A stretch of 64,000 nt of DNA from Chitinophaga pinensis (GCA_945897885.1 CAMDGU010000008.1:817-64816); one strand, 5' to 3'; positions 19,923 through 30,475 are shown, counted from the first letter of the stretch. A program made the numbers and translations. Notes: generated from the letters alone by a model not told the origin.

Positions 19923-22862
19923 ATGATATTAAAAAGGATATTTTACTGTGTAATTCTAATGTTATCGGGCTATAACAATTTTGCACAACCAGGAACGCCA
20001 CAAAATGGAGTGGTTGATACTTACGAAGGCATCACTGCTTTTATTAATTGTACTCTCATTAAAGATGCTCAGGCAAAAATTGATAATGCTACATTAATTA
20101 TCCAAAAAGGAAAAATTATAGCTGTAGGTAATGGATTAAAAATTCCTGTGAATGCAACAGTTATTGATTTAAAAAGCAAATGGATTTATCCCTCATTTAT
20201 TGATATTTGGTCACAGTATGGAGTGCCCAAAGCCCCAACGAAGACGGATAATCCCGGACCGCAATTCCTTTCTTCAAAAAAAGGAGCATTTTATTGGAAC
20301 GAAGCAATACACCCTGAAGTGCAGGCCTCTGAGCAATTTGTTATAAACCCTGAAGAAACAAAAGCATGGCGTGATTTGGGTTTTGGCATGGTAGCAAGCC
20401 ATCAGCAAAATGGAATAGCCCGGGGATCAGGTTTTTTGGCCGCTTTGGGCGATGAGTTGGAACAAAAGCAGGTTATAAATTTAAATTCGGGAAATTATTT
20501 TTCGTTTCATAAAGGCAATTCAACTCAGGATTACCCATCCAGTTTGATGGGAGCTATTGCCTTGCTTCGGCAATTTCAGTACGATGCCAAATGGTGTAAA
20601 ATGGCAAAACCTACTGAAGTTAATCTTTCATTGGAAGCATATAATTTATCAAGTAGTCTTCCTCATTTTTTTGAAGCAGAAGATGTTCAGGATGTTTTGA
20701 GAGCAGATAAATTGGGTGATGAATTTGGCATACAATATATCATTAAGGGAAGTGGCGATGAATACCAATTTGCTCAGGAAGTGAAAAATACAAATGCCCC
20801 GTTGGTAATTCCTCTAAATTTTCCGGATGCTTATGATGTGGAAGACCCATTGGATGCAAGATTAATTAGTCTCACGGAGATGAAACATTGGGAAATGGCT
20901 CCATTTAATCCTGCAATTTTGTACAAAAATGGTGTTGAATTTTCATTAACACTAAGTGGAATGAAAAAGCGCGATAAATTTTGGCCAAACCTTCGCAAAG
21001 CCATTGAAAATGGATTACCTGAGGAATATGCTTTAAAGGCGTTAACTACAAATCCTGCCAAATTTATGAAATCAGAAACCCAATGTGGAACGCTTGATGT
21101 TGGAAAATTAGCTAATTTTATTATTACCGATGGCAATGTTTTTAAAGAAGGAACAGCCATTTTAGAAAATTGGGTTTTTGGAAAACAAAATACGATTATC
21201 GACTGGCAAACGGTTGATTATGCAGGTAAATACACCCTAAGTTTTCAGGATTCAGTTTATAAGATAACTATTACCGGAAAGCCTTGGCAACCAAAGGCTG
21301 AGTTGCAACCCAAAACAAAAGGTGAATTTAAGATTGCTTTAAAAAATGGGTTTATCAATTATCAATTACTGCTTAAAAATGGAAAATCATACACTGGCAC
21401 AGGTTATAAAACGGGAAATGACATAACCTTAATTTCGAATGATTCTTTAGGAAAACAGGTTTCAATGATAGCCCGCTACCTTGGATCTGCAGATGCTCAG
21501 GTAGATTCAACTAAGAAAAAAACTGCACCTGTTATTCCTAATTTCTCAATGCCTTGGCAATATGATACAACTTCAATTAAAGAATTTATTATAACAAACT
21601 GCACGGTTTGGACTTGCGATAAGCGAGGAAAATTGGAAAATGCTGAAGTAATTGTGAGCAACGGTAAAATTCAAAGGGTGTATAACGATAAAACTTTTTT
21701 AGGTAGAAATATTTATAAAATTGATGGGACTGGAATGCACCTTACCCCCGGAATTATAGATGAACACAGTCATATCGCTATTTCTAAGGGCGTAAATGAA
21801 GGAACCCAATCCATAACCAGCGAGGTACGGATTGAAGATGTTGTGAATGCCAAAGACGTTAATATTTACCGGCAATTAGCAGGTGGAGTTACCACCTCTC
21901 ATTTATTGCATGGCTCAGCCAATGCCATTGGTGGGCAAACTGCTTTAATAAAATTAAAATATGGGGAAGCCGCAGAAAAATTAAAATTTCCAACAGACCA
22001 TCGGTTTATAAAATTTGCTTTGGGCGAAAATGTGAAACAAAGCAACTGGGGCGATTATCAAACCGTTCGTTTCCCGCAAACACGGATGGGTGTGGAGCAA
22101 GTTTTTTACGATGGTTTTTCAAGGGCGAAGGCTTATGGCGAACTTAAAAAAACGCCAGGATATAGAGTTGATTTGGAACTTGAAGCCCTATTGGAAATAT
22201 TAAACAGTAAGCGATTTATTACCTGCCATAGTTATGTTCAGTCGGAAATAAATATGCTGATGCATGTGGCCGATACGTTTGGATTTAAAGTTAATACATT
22301 TACTCATATTTTGGAAGGCTATAAAGTAGCCGATAAAATGAAAAAACATGGTGTGGCTGCCAGCACATTTTCGGATTGGTGGGGCTATAAATATGAAGTT
22401 GCAGATGCCATTCCTTACAATGCAGGAATTATGAATAAGGTTGGTGTTTTAACCGGTATAAATAGTGATGACCCTGAAATGGCCCGCCGTTTAACTCAGG
22501 AAGCTGCAAAAGCGATTAAATACAGTGATGTTTCAGAAATTGAAGCTTTAAATATGGTAACCATTAATCCTGCAAAAATGCTTCATATTGATAACCGGGT
22601 TGGAAGTATTACTGTTGGGAAAGACGCCGATTTAGTGCTTTGGGATGGAAACCCCTTAAGTAATTATTCAAAACCGGTGACTACTTGGATTGACGGAAAA
22701 ATTTATTTTGACAGAAATGAGGATATAAAGAAAAGAGCGGAAATAGCGAAAGAAAGACAACGGCTTATTGAAGCGATGAGAAAAGCAAAAAAGGAGGGGC
22801 AAAATACCCAGAAGGCAGTCAGAACGGTAGAAGCCGAATACCATTGTGAGGATGAATTTTAA
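19923..22862 (+). CDS. Double-domain amidohydrolase family protein
   Basis: IYPSFID, LTPGIIDEHSH, KFALGENVK, INSDD, GKDADLVLW. Confidence 0.88.
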   Translation: MILKRIFYCVILMLSGYNNFAQPGTPQNGVVDTYEGITAFINCTLIKDAQAKIDNATLIIQKGKIIAVGNGLKIPVNATVIDLKSKWIYPSFIDIWSQYGVPKAPTKTDNPGPQFLSSKKGAFYWNEAIHPEVQASEQFVINPEETKAWRDLGFGMVASHQQNGIARGSGFLAALGDELEQKQVINLNSGNYFSFHKGNSTQDYPSSLMGAIALLRQFQYDAKWCKMAKPTEVNLSLEAYNLSSSLPHFFEAEDVQDVLRADKLGDEFGIQYIIKGSGDEYQFAQEVKNTNAPLVIPLNFPDAYDVEDPLDARLISLTEMKHWEMAPFNPAILYKNGVEFSLTLSGMKKRDKFWPNLRKAIENGLPEEYALKALTTNPAKFMKSETQCGTLDVGKLANFIITDGNVFKEGTAILENWVFGKQNTIIDWQTVDYAGKYTLSFQDSVYKITITGKPWQPKAELQPKTKGEFKIALKNGFINYQLLLKNGKSYTGTGYKTGNDITLISNDSLGKQVSMIARYLGSADAQVDSTKKKTAPVIPNFSMPWQYDTTSIKEFIITNCTVWTCDKRGKLENAEVIVSNGKIQRVYNDKTFLGRNIYKIDGTGMHLTPGIIDEHSHIAISKGVNEGTQSITSEVRIEDVVNAKDVNIYRQLAGGVTTSHLLHGSANAIGGQTALIKLKYGEAAEKLKFPTDHRFIKFALGENVKQSNWGDYQTVRFPQTRMGVEQVFYDGFSRAKAYGELKKTPGYRVDLELEALLEILNSKRFITCHSYVQSEINMLMHVADTFGFKVNTFTHILEGYKVADKMKKHGVAASTFSDWWGYKYEVADAIPYNAGIMNKVGVLTGINSDDPEMARRLTQEAAKAIKYSDVSEIEALNMVTINPAKMLHIDNRVGSITVGKDADLVLWDGNPLSNYSKPVTTWIDGKIYFDRNEDIKKRAEIAKERQRLIEAMRKAKKEGQNTQKAVRTVEAEYHCEDEF

Positions 22863-22893
22863 TTTGGAAATGTGTCAATTTGAAAATTTGAAA

Positions 22894-24171
22894 ATGAGAA
22901 GAATAATAGTTTTAGGAATTTTATTTGCATTTGGAACTATAACCAAAGCCCAGGTGCCATCGCCTGGCGCTGTGCAAACAGAAAAGGTTTGGATTATAGC
23001 CGGAGTCCTGCATCTTGGTAATGGAAAGGTTTATAACAATGCTTCTATACGATTTGATAAAGGAATAATTACTGCCATTGATACAATTTCTCAAGGAAGG
23101 GATTATCCCGACCATAAGGTATTTGTTGCCGAACATGTTTATCCCGGGTTAATAGCCCCCAATACCACCATTGGCCTTAATGAAATAGATGCTGTTCGCT
23201 CTACCCGTGATTATAATGAAGTAGGGAAAAATAATGCCAATGTACGAAGTATAATTGCCTACAATACCGATTCAAAAGTTACCCCTACGATTCGAAGCAA
23301 TGGAATTCTTTTAGCTCAAATAACCCCAACGGGAGGAAGTATTTCAGGTAATTCATCCATTGTGCAATTGGATGCATGGAATTGGGAGGATGCAGCGGTA
23401 AAAACAGATGATGCCTTGCACATGAACTGGCCTAGAATGCATGTACAAAAAGGGTGGTGGACCGAACCGGGAGATATAGAAAAACTGCAAACGTATAAAG
23501 AAATAAAGGCGTTGGATGAAATTTTTAGCAATGCCAAAACATATTGCAGCAGTATACCGGAGGTTCTCAATTTAAAATTAGAAGCTTTTAGAGATGTTTT
23601 TTCAGGCAAAAAGAAAGTGTTTATCCATACCGATGGGGCACGGGAAATGATAAGTGCTGTTCAATTTATGCAGCGCTATAACATAACGCCTGTTATAATT
23701 GGCGGCGATGAAAGTTTTTTAATCACCAAATTTTTAAGGGAAAATAAAATTGCAGTGGTTTTAATCCGGACGCACCATTTACCAGCCTTGCCCGAGGATG
23801 ATGTGGATTTACCCTACAAACTTCCAAAAATCCTTCACGATTCAGGGGTTTTGTATTGTATAGCCGATGTTGGGGCATGGCAACAACGCAATTTACCTTT
23901 TCAGGCAGGAACGGCTGTAGCTTATGGACTTAACCGCGAACAAGCCCTGATGGCCATTACTAAAAATACCGCTGAAATAGTAGGTATTGATAAAAATTAT
24001 GGAACATTGGAAGTAGGTAAAAGTGCCACACTAATTATAAGTGTTGGAGATATTTTGGATATGAAAACCTCCAAAATTAATCGGGCATGGATTGATGGTC
24101 GAGAAATAAATTTAGACAACAGCCAAAAACAATTGGATAAAAAATTCAGAGCAAAATATTTTGGGGAGTAG
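22894..24171 (+). CDS. Amidohydrolase family protein
   Basis: HVYPGLIA, RNLPFQAG, GTLEVGKSATL; the usual partner of the upstream gene. Confidence 0.85.
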   Translation: MRRIIVLGILFAFGTITKAQVPSPGAVQTEKVWIIAGVLHLGNGKVYNNASIRFDKGIITAIDTISQGRDYPDHKVFVAEHVYPGLIAPNTTIGLNEIDAVRSTRDYNEVGKNNANVRSIIAYNTDSKVTPTIRSNGILLAQITPTGGSISGNSSIVQLDAWNWEDAAVKTDDALHMNWPRMHVQKGWWTEPGDIEKLQTYKEIKALDEIFSNAKTYCSSIPEVLNLKLEAFRDVFSGKKKVFIHTDGAREMISAVQFMQRYNITPVIIGGDESFLITKFLRENKIAVVLIRTHHLPALPEDDVDLPYKLPKILHDSGVLYCIADVGAWQQRNLPFQAGTAVAYGLNREQALMAITKNTAEIVGIDKNYGTLEVGKSATLIISVGDILDMKTSKINRAWIDGREINLDNSQKQLDKKFRAKYFGE

Positions 24172-24249
24172 AAATGGGAACCCTAATAACAAGGATTGAC
24201 TAGAAAAGGTATGATTTTATCAATCAAATATTTCACTGATATCTGGCAT

Positions 24250-25452
24250 TTAATGAAGAATACTTAAAACAAATAAAATCCCCAAAAAGTAATAGAAAAT
24301 TCCAAATGCAATTAGAATCAGAAGTTTTTGGAGATTTTTTAACGGATCAATAAATGCCAACACTGGTGCAAGCAGCGCAATACTTCTGTAAAGAGAAACA
24401 TTGATACCAATACTAAAAGGAATGTACCACATAATAAGGGTATACAATATTAGTAAGGGTGTTATGCGGTTTTTATTTTTTGCCAAAAAATATACAAGTA
24501 TTGGTAAGGTAAAAAAGAAAAAAATATTGTGAATATCAATCCATATTTCGGATGAATTTTGATGAGAAATTAAAAGTTTATAATGGATTTCAAGATGCTT
24601 GAATGGACTATATAACAAATGACCATATTTGTTTTGAACAAGATACATAGCATTCCAATGCCCGGTTACAAACCAATCATAAAGGTATAAACTAATCAAA
24701 CCTATTATGCCGGGAATCAGAAGGTATAAAAGGACGTTTTTATAGGAATTTTTACAATACCACTGTTTTAGTATTTCTACCAAAAAATCGGCCATTCTCT
24801 TTTGTTTCCATGAGCTAAAAAATAAATAAATCATATATACCCCGAAACTAAAAAAAATAATAATTGCTGAACTGTATGAAAGTGCTATGAGATAGGCTGG
24901 AAGTACAGAATAATACTATTTTTCAAAATAGAAAGACCAAAAAACAATACTCACTAAAAATATGAGCAATGAGATGGGAAAAATGCTAAAAAAATATATT
25001 CCTCCCGGGCACAAGGCACATAATAGTAATGTAAGCCAATTGGAAAGTTTGAAGGAGTGCACATTGATAATTTTAGCCATCATTACCAAAAATGCTATAA
25101 AAAAGGTATGAGAAAGTAGTATCCCGCAAACGGCAGGTGAAAGTGTTGACAGATGATGAAATAAGTAAATTAGAAACGGGTAAAAAGGAGCCCATCCTGC
25201 ATTTCCACACCATTTTTCTGAGCCAATTACATACCCATTTTCAATACCGCAATTTTTGAGTGTGTGGCCTAATTCCGAAATTTCGAGATAAAGCCCGGAA
25301 TCATATCGCGACCAACATACTTCCCACCATCCGTGGCAATTGCCCAACCAACTTAGTATTTCAGCATAGCCTAAGGTTAGAAGATAAACAGATACAGGAA
25401 GAATAATTTGTGCAGAATAAAATCGTTTTTTCTTTCCCAATAGCATACGCAA
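24250..25452 (-). pseudogene. GT-C / mannosyltransferase-like membrane protein interrupted by an in-frame TAG (24916-24918)
   Basis: WSRYDSGLY and AGWAPFYPFL resemble RWD...AFFPLYP motifs. ORFs 24916-25452 and 24250-24834 are in the same frame with an open 27-codon linker. Confidence 0.7.
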
Positions 25453-25721
25453 AGAATCAATAATTTTAAAGAAGAGAAAAATTAACTTTTACCAAAGTTA
25501 TACAAGAATAAATGAAAACTAAACTTCAAATATTTCATCATTTTCATCCTTGTAAATTAATATCTTTGTCCACCAAGTGGCTCAAAGTTTTCTAAATTCA
25601 AAATTCTCATCAGAAATTAGCGATACATCTTTGATTCTCCTAAATTTCGTTTTCCTCGTGTGCTATTTTTAAGATACATAGCACTATTTTAAACAAAAGC
25701 AATATCCTATAAATTTAAATT

Positions 25722-26063
25722 ATGAAAAATCAAGTAGAAGAATTCAACGAAAGCCGCACTAAAGGCAACGAATCCATAATGGCGGGTGATAATTTAGTGT
25801 TAAAACGCCTTTTTAATTTAGATACCAATACCTATGCCGAAGGGGCTTTGCCTGTAAAAACCAAAGAACTTTTGGGCCTGGTGGCCAGCATGGTATTGCG
25901 ATGCGACGATTGCATAAAATACCATTTAGGCAAATGCTATGAAAACGGTGTTACTAAAGCTGAGGTTTTTGAAACCTTTGCGGTAGCAAATATAGTTGGG
26001 GGAACGATTGTAATTCCGCATACACGCCGAGCGGCTGAGTATTGGGAAGAGTTGGAAAAGTAA
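25722..26063 (+). CDS. Carboxymuconolactone decarboxylase / AhpD-like protein
   Basis: KTKELLGLVASMVLRCDDCIKYH. Confidence 0.9.
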   Translation: MKNQVEEFNESRTKGNESIMAGDNLVLKRLFNLDTNTYAEGALPVKTKELLGLVASMVLRCDDCIKYHLGKCYENGVTKAEVFETFAVANIVGGTIVIPHTRRAAEYWEELEK

Positions 26064-26091
26064 ACCTAATTTGAGGGTCGCTTTTTTCATT

Positions 26092-26124
26092 AACTTTTCC
26101 AAAGTTTCAAACTTTGGAAAAGTT
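26092..26124. repeat. REP-like perfect palindrome (family A)
   Basis: AACTTTTCCAAAGTTT-C-AAACTTTGGAAAAGTT. Confidence 0.85.
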
Positions 26125-26130
26125 TTAACT

Positions 26131-26138
26131 TAATTTTG
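26131..26138 (+). promoter_or_regulatory. -7 promoter element for purQ
   Basis: TAATTTTG. Confidence 0.6.
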
Positions 26139-26200
26139 CAGTATATGAAATGCATAGCATTCCATATGGCCTTAAAATAAAAAATAGATATAAATTACAT

Positions 26201-26905
26201 ATGAAATTTGGAGTTGTAATATTTCCCGGGTCCAATTGCGATCATGATTTGATTCTTGTTTTACAAAGCTTGAAAGGCTCTGAAGTGGTTGAACTCTGGC
26301 ATAAAGACACCGACCTTAAAAATTGTGATTTTATATTTTTACCCGGCGGATTTTCGTATGGTGATTATTTAAGAAGCGGTGCTATTGCTCGCTATAGCCC
26401 GATTATGCAATCCATTAGTGAATTTGCAGCCAACGGAGGATTTGTTATGGGAATTTGCAACGGATTTCAAATTCTTTGCGAAGCAGGATTATTGCCCGGA
26501 GCCTTATTGCGCAACACTAACCGTAAATTTATTTGCAACAATGTATTTTTAAAACCTGCAAATACCGATTTACCGATTACACATCACATAAAAAAAGAAT
26601 CGGTTTTGAAAATTCCGATAGCCCATGGTGAAGGAAGATATTATGCCGATGATGCTACCATGAAACAAATTTTGGATAACAATCAAGTGTTGTTTTACTA
26701 CTGTAATGAAAATGGAGAAGTGGTAGAAGATGCCAACCATAACGGCTCGTTAAATAGCATAGCCGGTGTTTGTAATGCCGGTAAAAATGTTTTTGGAATG
26801 ATGCCTCATCCGGAGCGTTGTGCCGATGAAAATTTGTTTAATAATGACGGACGAATCCTTTTCGAAAGTATTATTAATATGGCCCAGGAATCTGTAGCCG
26901 TTTAA
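26201..26905 (+). CDS. purQ: Phosphoribosylformylglycinamidine synthase subunit PurQ
   Basis: FPGSNCD, PGGFSYGDYLR, GICNGFQ, GMMPHPER. Confidence 0.97.
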   Translation: MKFGVVIFPGSNCDHDLILVLQSLKGSEVVELWHKDTDLKNCDFIFLPGGFSYGDYLRSGAIARYSPIMQSISEFAANGGFVMGICNGFQILCEAGLLPGALLRNTNRKFICNNVFLKPANTDLPITHHIKKESVLKIPIAHGEGRYYADDATMKQILDNNQVLFYYCNENGEVVEDANHNGSLNSIAGVCNAGKNVFGMMPHPERCADENLFNNDGRILFESIINMAQESVAV

Positions 26906-26913
26906 AAAATATC

Positions 26914-27420
26914 TTATTTTATAAATCGGGCCAACCAGCTTTGGCCGGCAGGTTTTACAAATTCTGATTGTAAAGCACCCACTTGAGTAATGGTGGTATC
27001 CATAATTAAAGTATTTTCTGATATTTCTCCCGAAGCAATTTTGTTTTGCAAATCGTTAAAGTGAAACGATTTCATTTCGTTGTCAGATTGGTAAAAAATG
27101 GTAAGTCTGTCAAAAAGTGAAAGACCATAATTTGCTTCAATTTCTTGAACAAAATGAATGGATTTGTCAATGCTGCATCCTCCCGGATTTTCAATAGAAT
27201 CATCGGCTGATAAAACAATAAAACGGTTATGAAGCACTGTTCCTGCTGCCTTTAGTGCATTATTATGAGAAGTCCATTGCTTTGTAAATTCCAATAATTG
27301 CTGAATAATAGCAGCAGTTTCATCATTGGTTAATAATCGGTTGGATGAATAAATCCAAATTTTTGAATCGGGATTAAACCCTTTAAGTACCTCGGTTTGA
27401 GATGTGTTGGTAGCTAGCAT
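26914..27420 (-). CDS. Conserved Bacteroidota hypothetical protein
   Basis: SKIWIY.SNR, WTSH, GCSIDKS, LFDR, SWLARF motifs. Confidence 0.75.
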   Translation of the reverse strand: MLATNTSQTEVLKGFNPDSKIWIYSSNRLLTNDETAAIIQQLLEFTKQWTSHNNALKAAGTVLHNRFIVLSADDSIENPGGCSIDKSIHFVQEIEANYGLSLFDRLTIFYQSDNEMKSFHFNDLQNKIASGEISENTLIMDTTITQVGALQSEFVKPAGQSWLARFIK

Positions 27421-28591
27421 AAACTAAGTACAAAAATAAAGCTAATATAGTTACAGGAAGGTGAAATTGTATCCAGTCTGTATTTTTAAATAATCCGTTG
27501 ATTGGTAAAAATAATGGGGCTAATAATACAAGCCAAATCCATTTTCCATTGCCGTTGGTTTCATTGCCGTTGGTTTTAACCAACGGAACCAAAAAAACAA
27601 GAAGCAAACAATCATAAATAAGGTGATAGCTAAATAGAAGGTTCCAAAGAATAAGCAATCCTAAAAATGAATGCTCTTTAATAAAACCTTTATAATAAAA
27701 CCAAACCAAAATAAGGATCCCTGAAAACATCATAATTATATTAAACACCGAAATGAATTTATAATCTATCCCTCCGAAATAATTTAGCAAAATACCCAAT
27801 TCAGTGAGGTTTGTATTTACGGCTGTAAGTGTTGCCCCTGCATAGTTTATTTGCATTTGCGTTGCCATATTTTTAAGCATTTCAGGGATATATAAATTGC
27901 CTGAAACCTGATAAAAACTGAAAGCCGCCAGTATGGGAAAAATACTTGAAAAGAAAAGAAGTTTCCATTTTTTGTTAGCCAAAAATAGAACCACAAAAGG
28001 AATACATAAGGTTACTTTTAGCATTGCAATGCCAAGCAATAATCCTGAAAGAGCCTCTTTGTTTTTAGTATAAAAATACCATGAAGCCATGATGGCCGCC
28101 ATACTCATTAATAACGGCTGACCAAGCGTCACGGCCACCAAGGATGATTTAAAAGCCAACATAATTAGTAACCAGAACCAAAAATTTAAAGCTTTTATAT
28201 GAAATGATTTGGAGGCAAACCAAGCGATGATTAAAATAAAAAGCCAACTTAATATCCAAATTATTTGTTTGACCACAGGCCATGAAAAAAGGTAATAGGG
28301 AACTAAAATTGGGATAGCCCAAAACGGATAAATCATGCCGCAATCCTTAAACCCTGGAGGTTTGGTGGTATTTAAATTACTTTGTGCGGCAATATTTTGC
28401 CACTCTGTTTTTAGTAAACTATCGTTGTAAGGGTTTTCACCATGCAACCAAAGATTGCCTGCTATAAATACATTTCGGGCATCGTAAGGATAGTCAGCAT
28501 GATTATAAAGATTCTTAGTTTTATAACTATTTAGGACAACGAAACAAAGTAAAACACCAATTAACCCTCTCCGAATTAAAATTGGTTTCAT
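27383..28591 (-). CDS. GT87/DUF2029-like membrane glycosyltransferase
   Basis: GENPY, IYP, GQ, LK.TL and YD motifs; multiple TM helices. Confidence 0.65.
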   Translation of the reverse strand: MKPILIRRGLIGVLLCFVVLNSYKTKNLYNHADYPYDARNVFIAGNLWLHGENPYNDSLLKTEWQNIAAQSNLNTTKPPGFKDCGMIYPFWAIPILVPYYLFSWPVVKQIIWILSWLFILIIAWFASKSFHIKALNFWFWLLIMLAFKSSLVAVTLGQPLLMSMAAIMASWYFYTKNKEALSGLLLGIAMLKVTLCIPFVVLFLANKKWKLLFFSSIFPILAAFSFYQVSGNLYIPEMLKNMATQMQINYAGATLTAVNTNLTELGILLNYFGGIDYKFISVFNIIMMFSGILILVWFYYKGFIKEHSFLGLLILWNLLFSYHLIYDCLLLVFLVPLVKTNGNETNGNGKWIWLVLLAPLFLPINGLFKNTDWIQFHLPVTILALFLYLVYASYQHISNRGT

Positions 28592-28597
28592 AGAGAA

Positions 28598-29380
28598 TTA
28601 TAAATCCTGAGCCTGAGCTACCAACTCAGCAATATCAAGAACTTGAACATCATCTTCACGGTTACCATGTTTCACTCCGTCCCTCAGCATTGTCATGCAA
28701 AACGGACAATTAGAGGCTATTATAGTAGCTCCGGTACTTAGTGCTTCTTGGCTTCGTTCAATATTTATTTCTTTGGTTCCGTGCTCAGCTTCTTTAAACA
28801 TTTGAGCACCACCTGCACCACAACACAACCCATTTTGCTTACAGCGTTTCATCTCTACCAGTTTGGTATCCAAAGCTTCCAAAACCCGGCGAGGAGCTAC
28901 ATATTCGTCGTTTGCCCTGCCTAAATAGCACGAATCGTGATAGGTTATTTTTTTGCCTTTAAAAGCCCCACCTTCAAATTTCAACTTACCGCTGTCAATC
29001 AATTCCTGAATTAGTTGGGTATGATGAATTACTTCATAATTTCCACCCAATTGCGGATATTCATTTTTTATGGTATTAAAACAATGCGGGCAAGCCGTTA
29101 CTATTTTTTTTATTTCATAAGCATTAAGCACTGCAATATTATTGGCAGCCTGCATCTGGAAAAGAAATTCGTTTCCGGCACGTTTTGCAGGGTCGCCTGT
29201 GCAACTTTCCTCGGGGCCAAGTATGGCAAAATCAATGGAGCAATGTTGTAAAATTTTGGCAAATGCTTTGGTTATTTTTTGGGCACGTTCGTCAAAACTT
29301 CCGGCACAGCCCACCCAGAATAATATCTCGGGGCTTCGGCCTTCGGCCATATAGTCGGCTACGGTTTTTATGGGTTGCAT
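28598..29380 (-). CDS. (Fe-S)-binding CCG-domain oxidoreductase subunit
   Basis: LFWVGCAGSFD, CTGD, TACPHC, YHDSCYLGR, CCGAGG, CPFC. Confidence 0.92.
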   Translation of the reverse strand: MQPIKTVADYMAEGRSPEILFWVGCAGSFDERAQKITKAFAKILQHCSIDFAILGPEESCTGDPAKRAGNEFLFQMQAANNIAVLNAYEIKKIVTACPHCFNTIKNEYPQLGGNYEVIHHTQLIQELIDSGKLKFEGGAFKGKKITYHDSCYLGRANDEYVAPRRVLEALDTKLVEMKRCKQNGLCCGAGGAQMFKEAEHGTKEINIERSQEALSTGATIIASNCPFCMTMLRDGVKHGNREDDVQVLDIAELVAQAQDL

Positions 29381-29473
29381 GGGCTTTAAAATAAAGGATA
29401 CAATATTAAATAAATAAAGAAACAACTTATGGCAAGTTTGAAAAAGATACGAGAGTATTTTTCCGTTTTATTT

Positions 29474-30037
29474 TTAAAATATTGTCCCTGTTCCATAAAG
29501 CAATCCCAAAGCATTGATGCCAATGGAATAGCTCATCCCGGCATACATCGCAAAATTTTTGCCCCGCATTATTCTAAATCTTCCTGCTATAATTGGCGCC
29601 ACTCTTAGGTTTTTGTTGGTATTGAATAATACACTTGCCAGTGGCCCGGCCTCAAATTCAATTTTAGATGTAGAGTCAAGTTGTATTTTAAAAAGGTTGT
29701 AGGTAAAACCAGTGCCAAAAGTTGGTGAAGCCCGTTCGCTTATTATTTGATTGTTGACTACAAATTGCTTGGTTTCGGTAGCCAAATTAAAAAATACAGG
29801 GATTCTAATTTTTTTTTGAGGACGAAATTCGGTAAAAAATAAAACGGCATTGGTTGGTATCACTAACGCTTGTTGGTTTTTAATATTAACCTGTTTGCTA
29901 TTGGAAATAAATAACAACGATTGACCAAAACTGACTTCAAAATGTTTATTTTTCATAATGGAATCCAGTTTCCACGCACTGGCTGAGCTTAGGATAAGAT
30001 TTGAAATAAGTAGTAAACTCAGTTTGGTTAGTTTCAT
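29474..30037 (-). CDS. Hypothetical exported beta-barrel-like protein
   Basis: Signal peptide MKLTKLSLLLISNLILSSASA; C-terminal F. Confidence 0.6.
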   Translation of the reverse strand: MKLTKLSLLLISNLILSSASAWKLDSIMKNKHFEVSFGQSLLFISNSKQVNIKNQQALVIPTNAVLFFTEFRPQKKIRIPVFFNLATETKQFVVNNQIISERASPTFGTGFTYNLFKIQLDSTSKIEFEAGPLASVLFNTNKNLRVAPIIAGRFRIMRGKNFAMYAGMSYSIGINALGLLYGTGTIF

Positions 30038-30475
30038 AGGGTTTTTAATCATATGGGTTGCATGGGCCTTAAAATAAAGTATACAACATTAAATAATATT
30101 AAGAAACAAGATGGGAAAGTTTAAATTTAGTTATAGATAAATTGCTAGCTATATTTTTCTTAAAAAAATTGATACAGTTTAATTAAGAAGAAATGTTTCA
30201 GAAAATAACAAATTGGTTTGTAGTATTAACAAATACGTTTTAGTAAATAACTATTAGGTTATTATAGTCAAAGGTTTATGTTTTAATAGTAAAATGAACA
30301 TATGACACTTAATACCTAGCTGATTATTTGGGAATAAGTCTTTTCAGCATAATTGGTTAGGTTTTTTACACATATCGAAAAAGGTGATTTGGCTTAGGTG
30401 TAAACACCTATTGTATTTGTAGTATTTATTCCTCTCCTTCGCATCAAAAAATATATAAATAGCAGAAACTAAAAA

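Noticed and set aside
26150-26200. Extended ORF-track starts (purQ 26150; also 11543, 19761, 22846, 29425, 62652)
   Set aside because: Homology and TAnnTTTG promoter positions favour the downstream starts
27545-27575. 15-bp in-frame tandem duplication (TNGNE/TNGNG) in the GT87-like gene
   Set aside because: Only two copies in a loop; ordinary slippage
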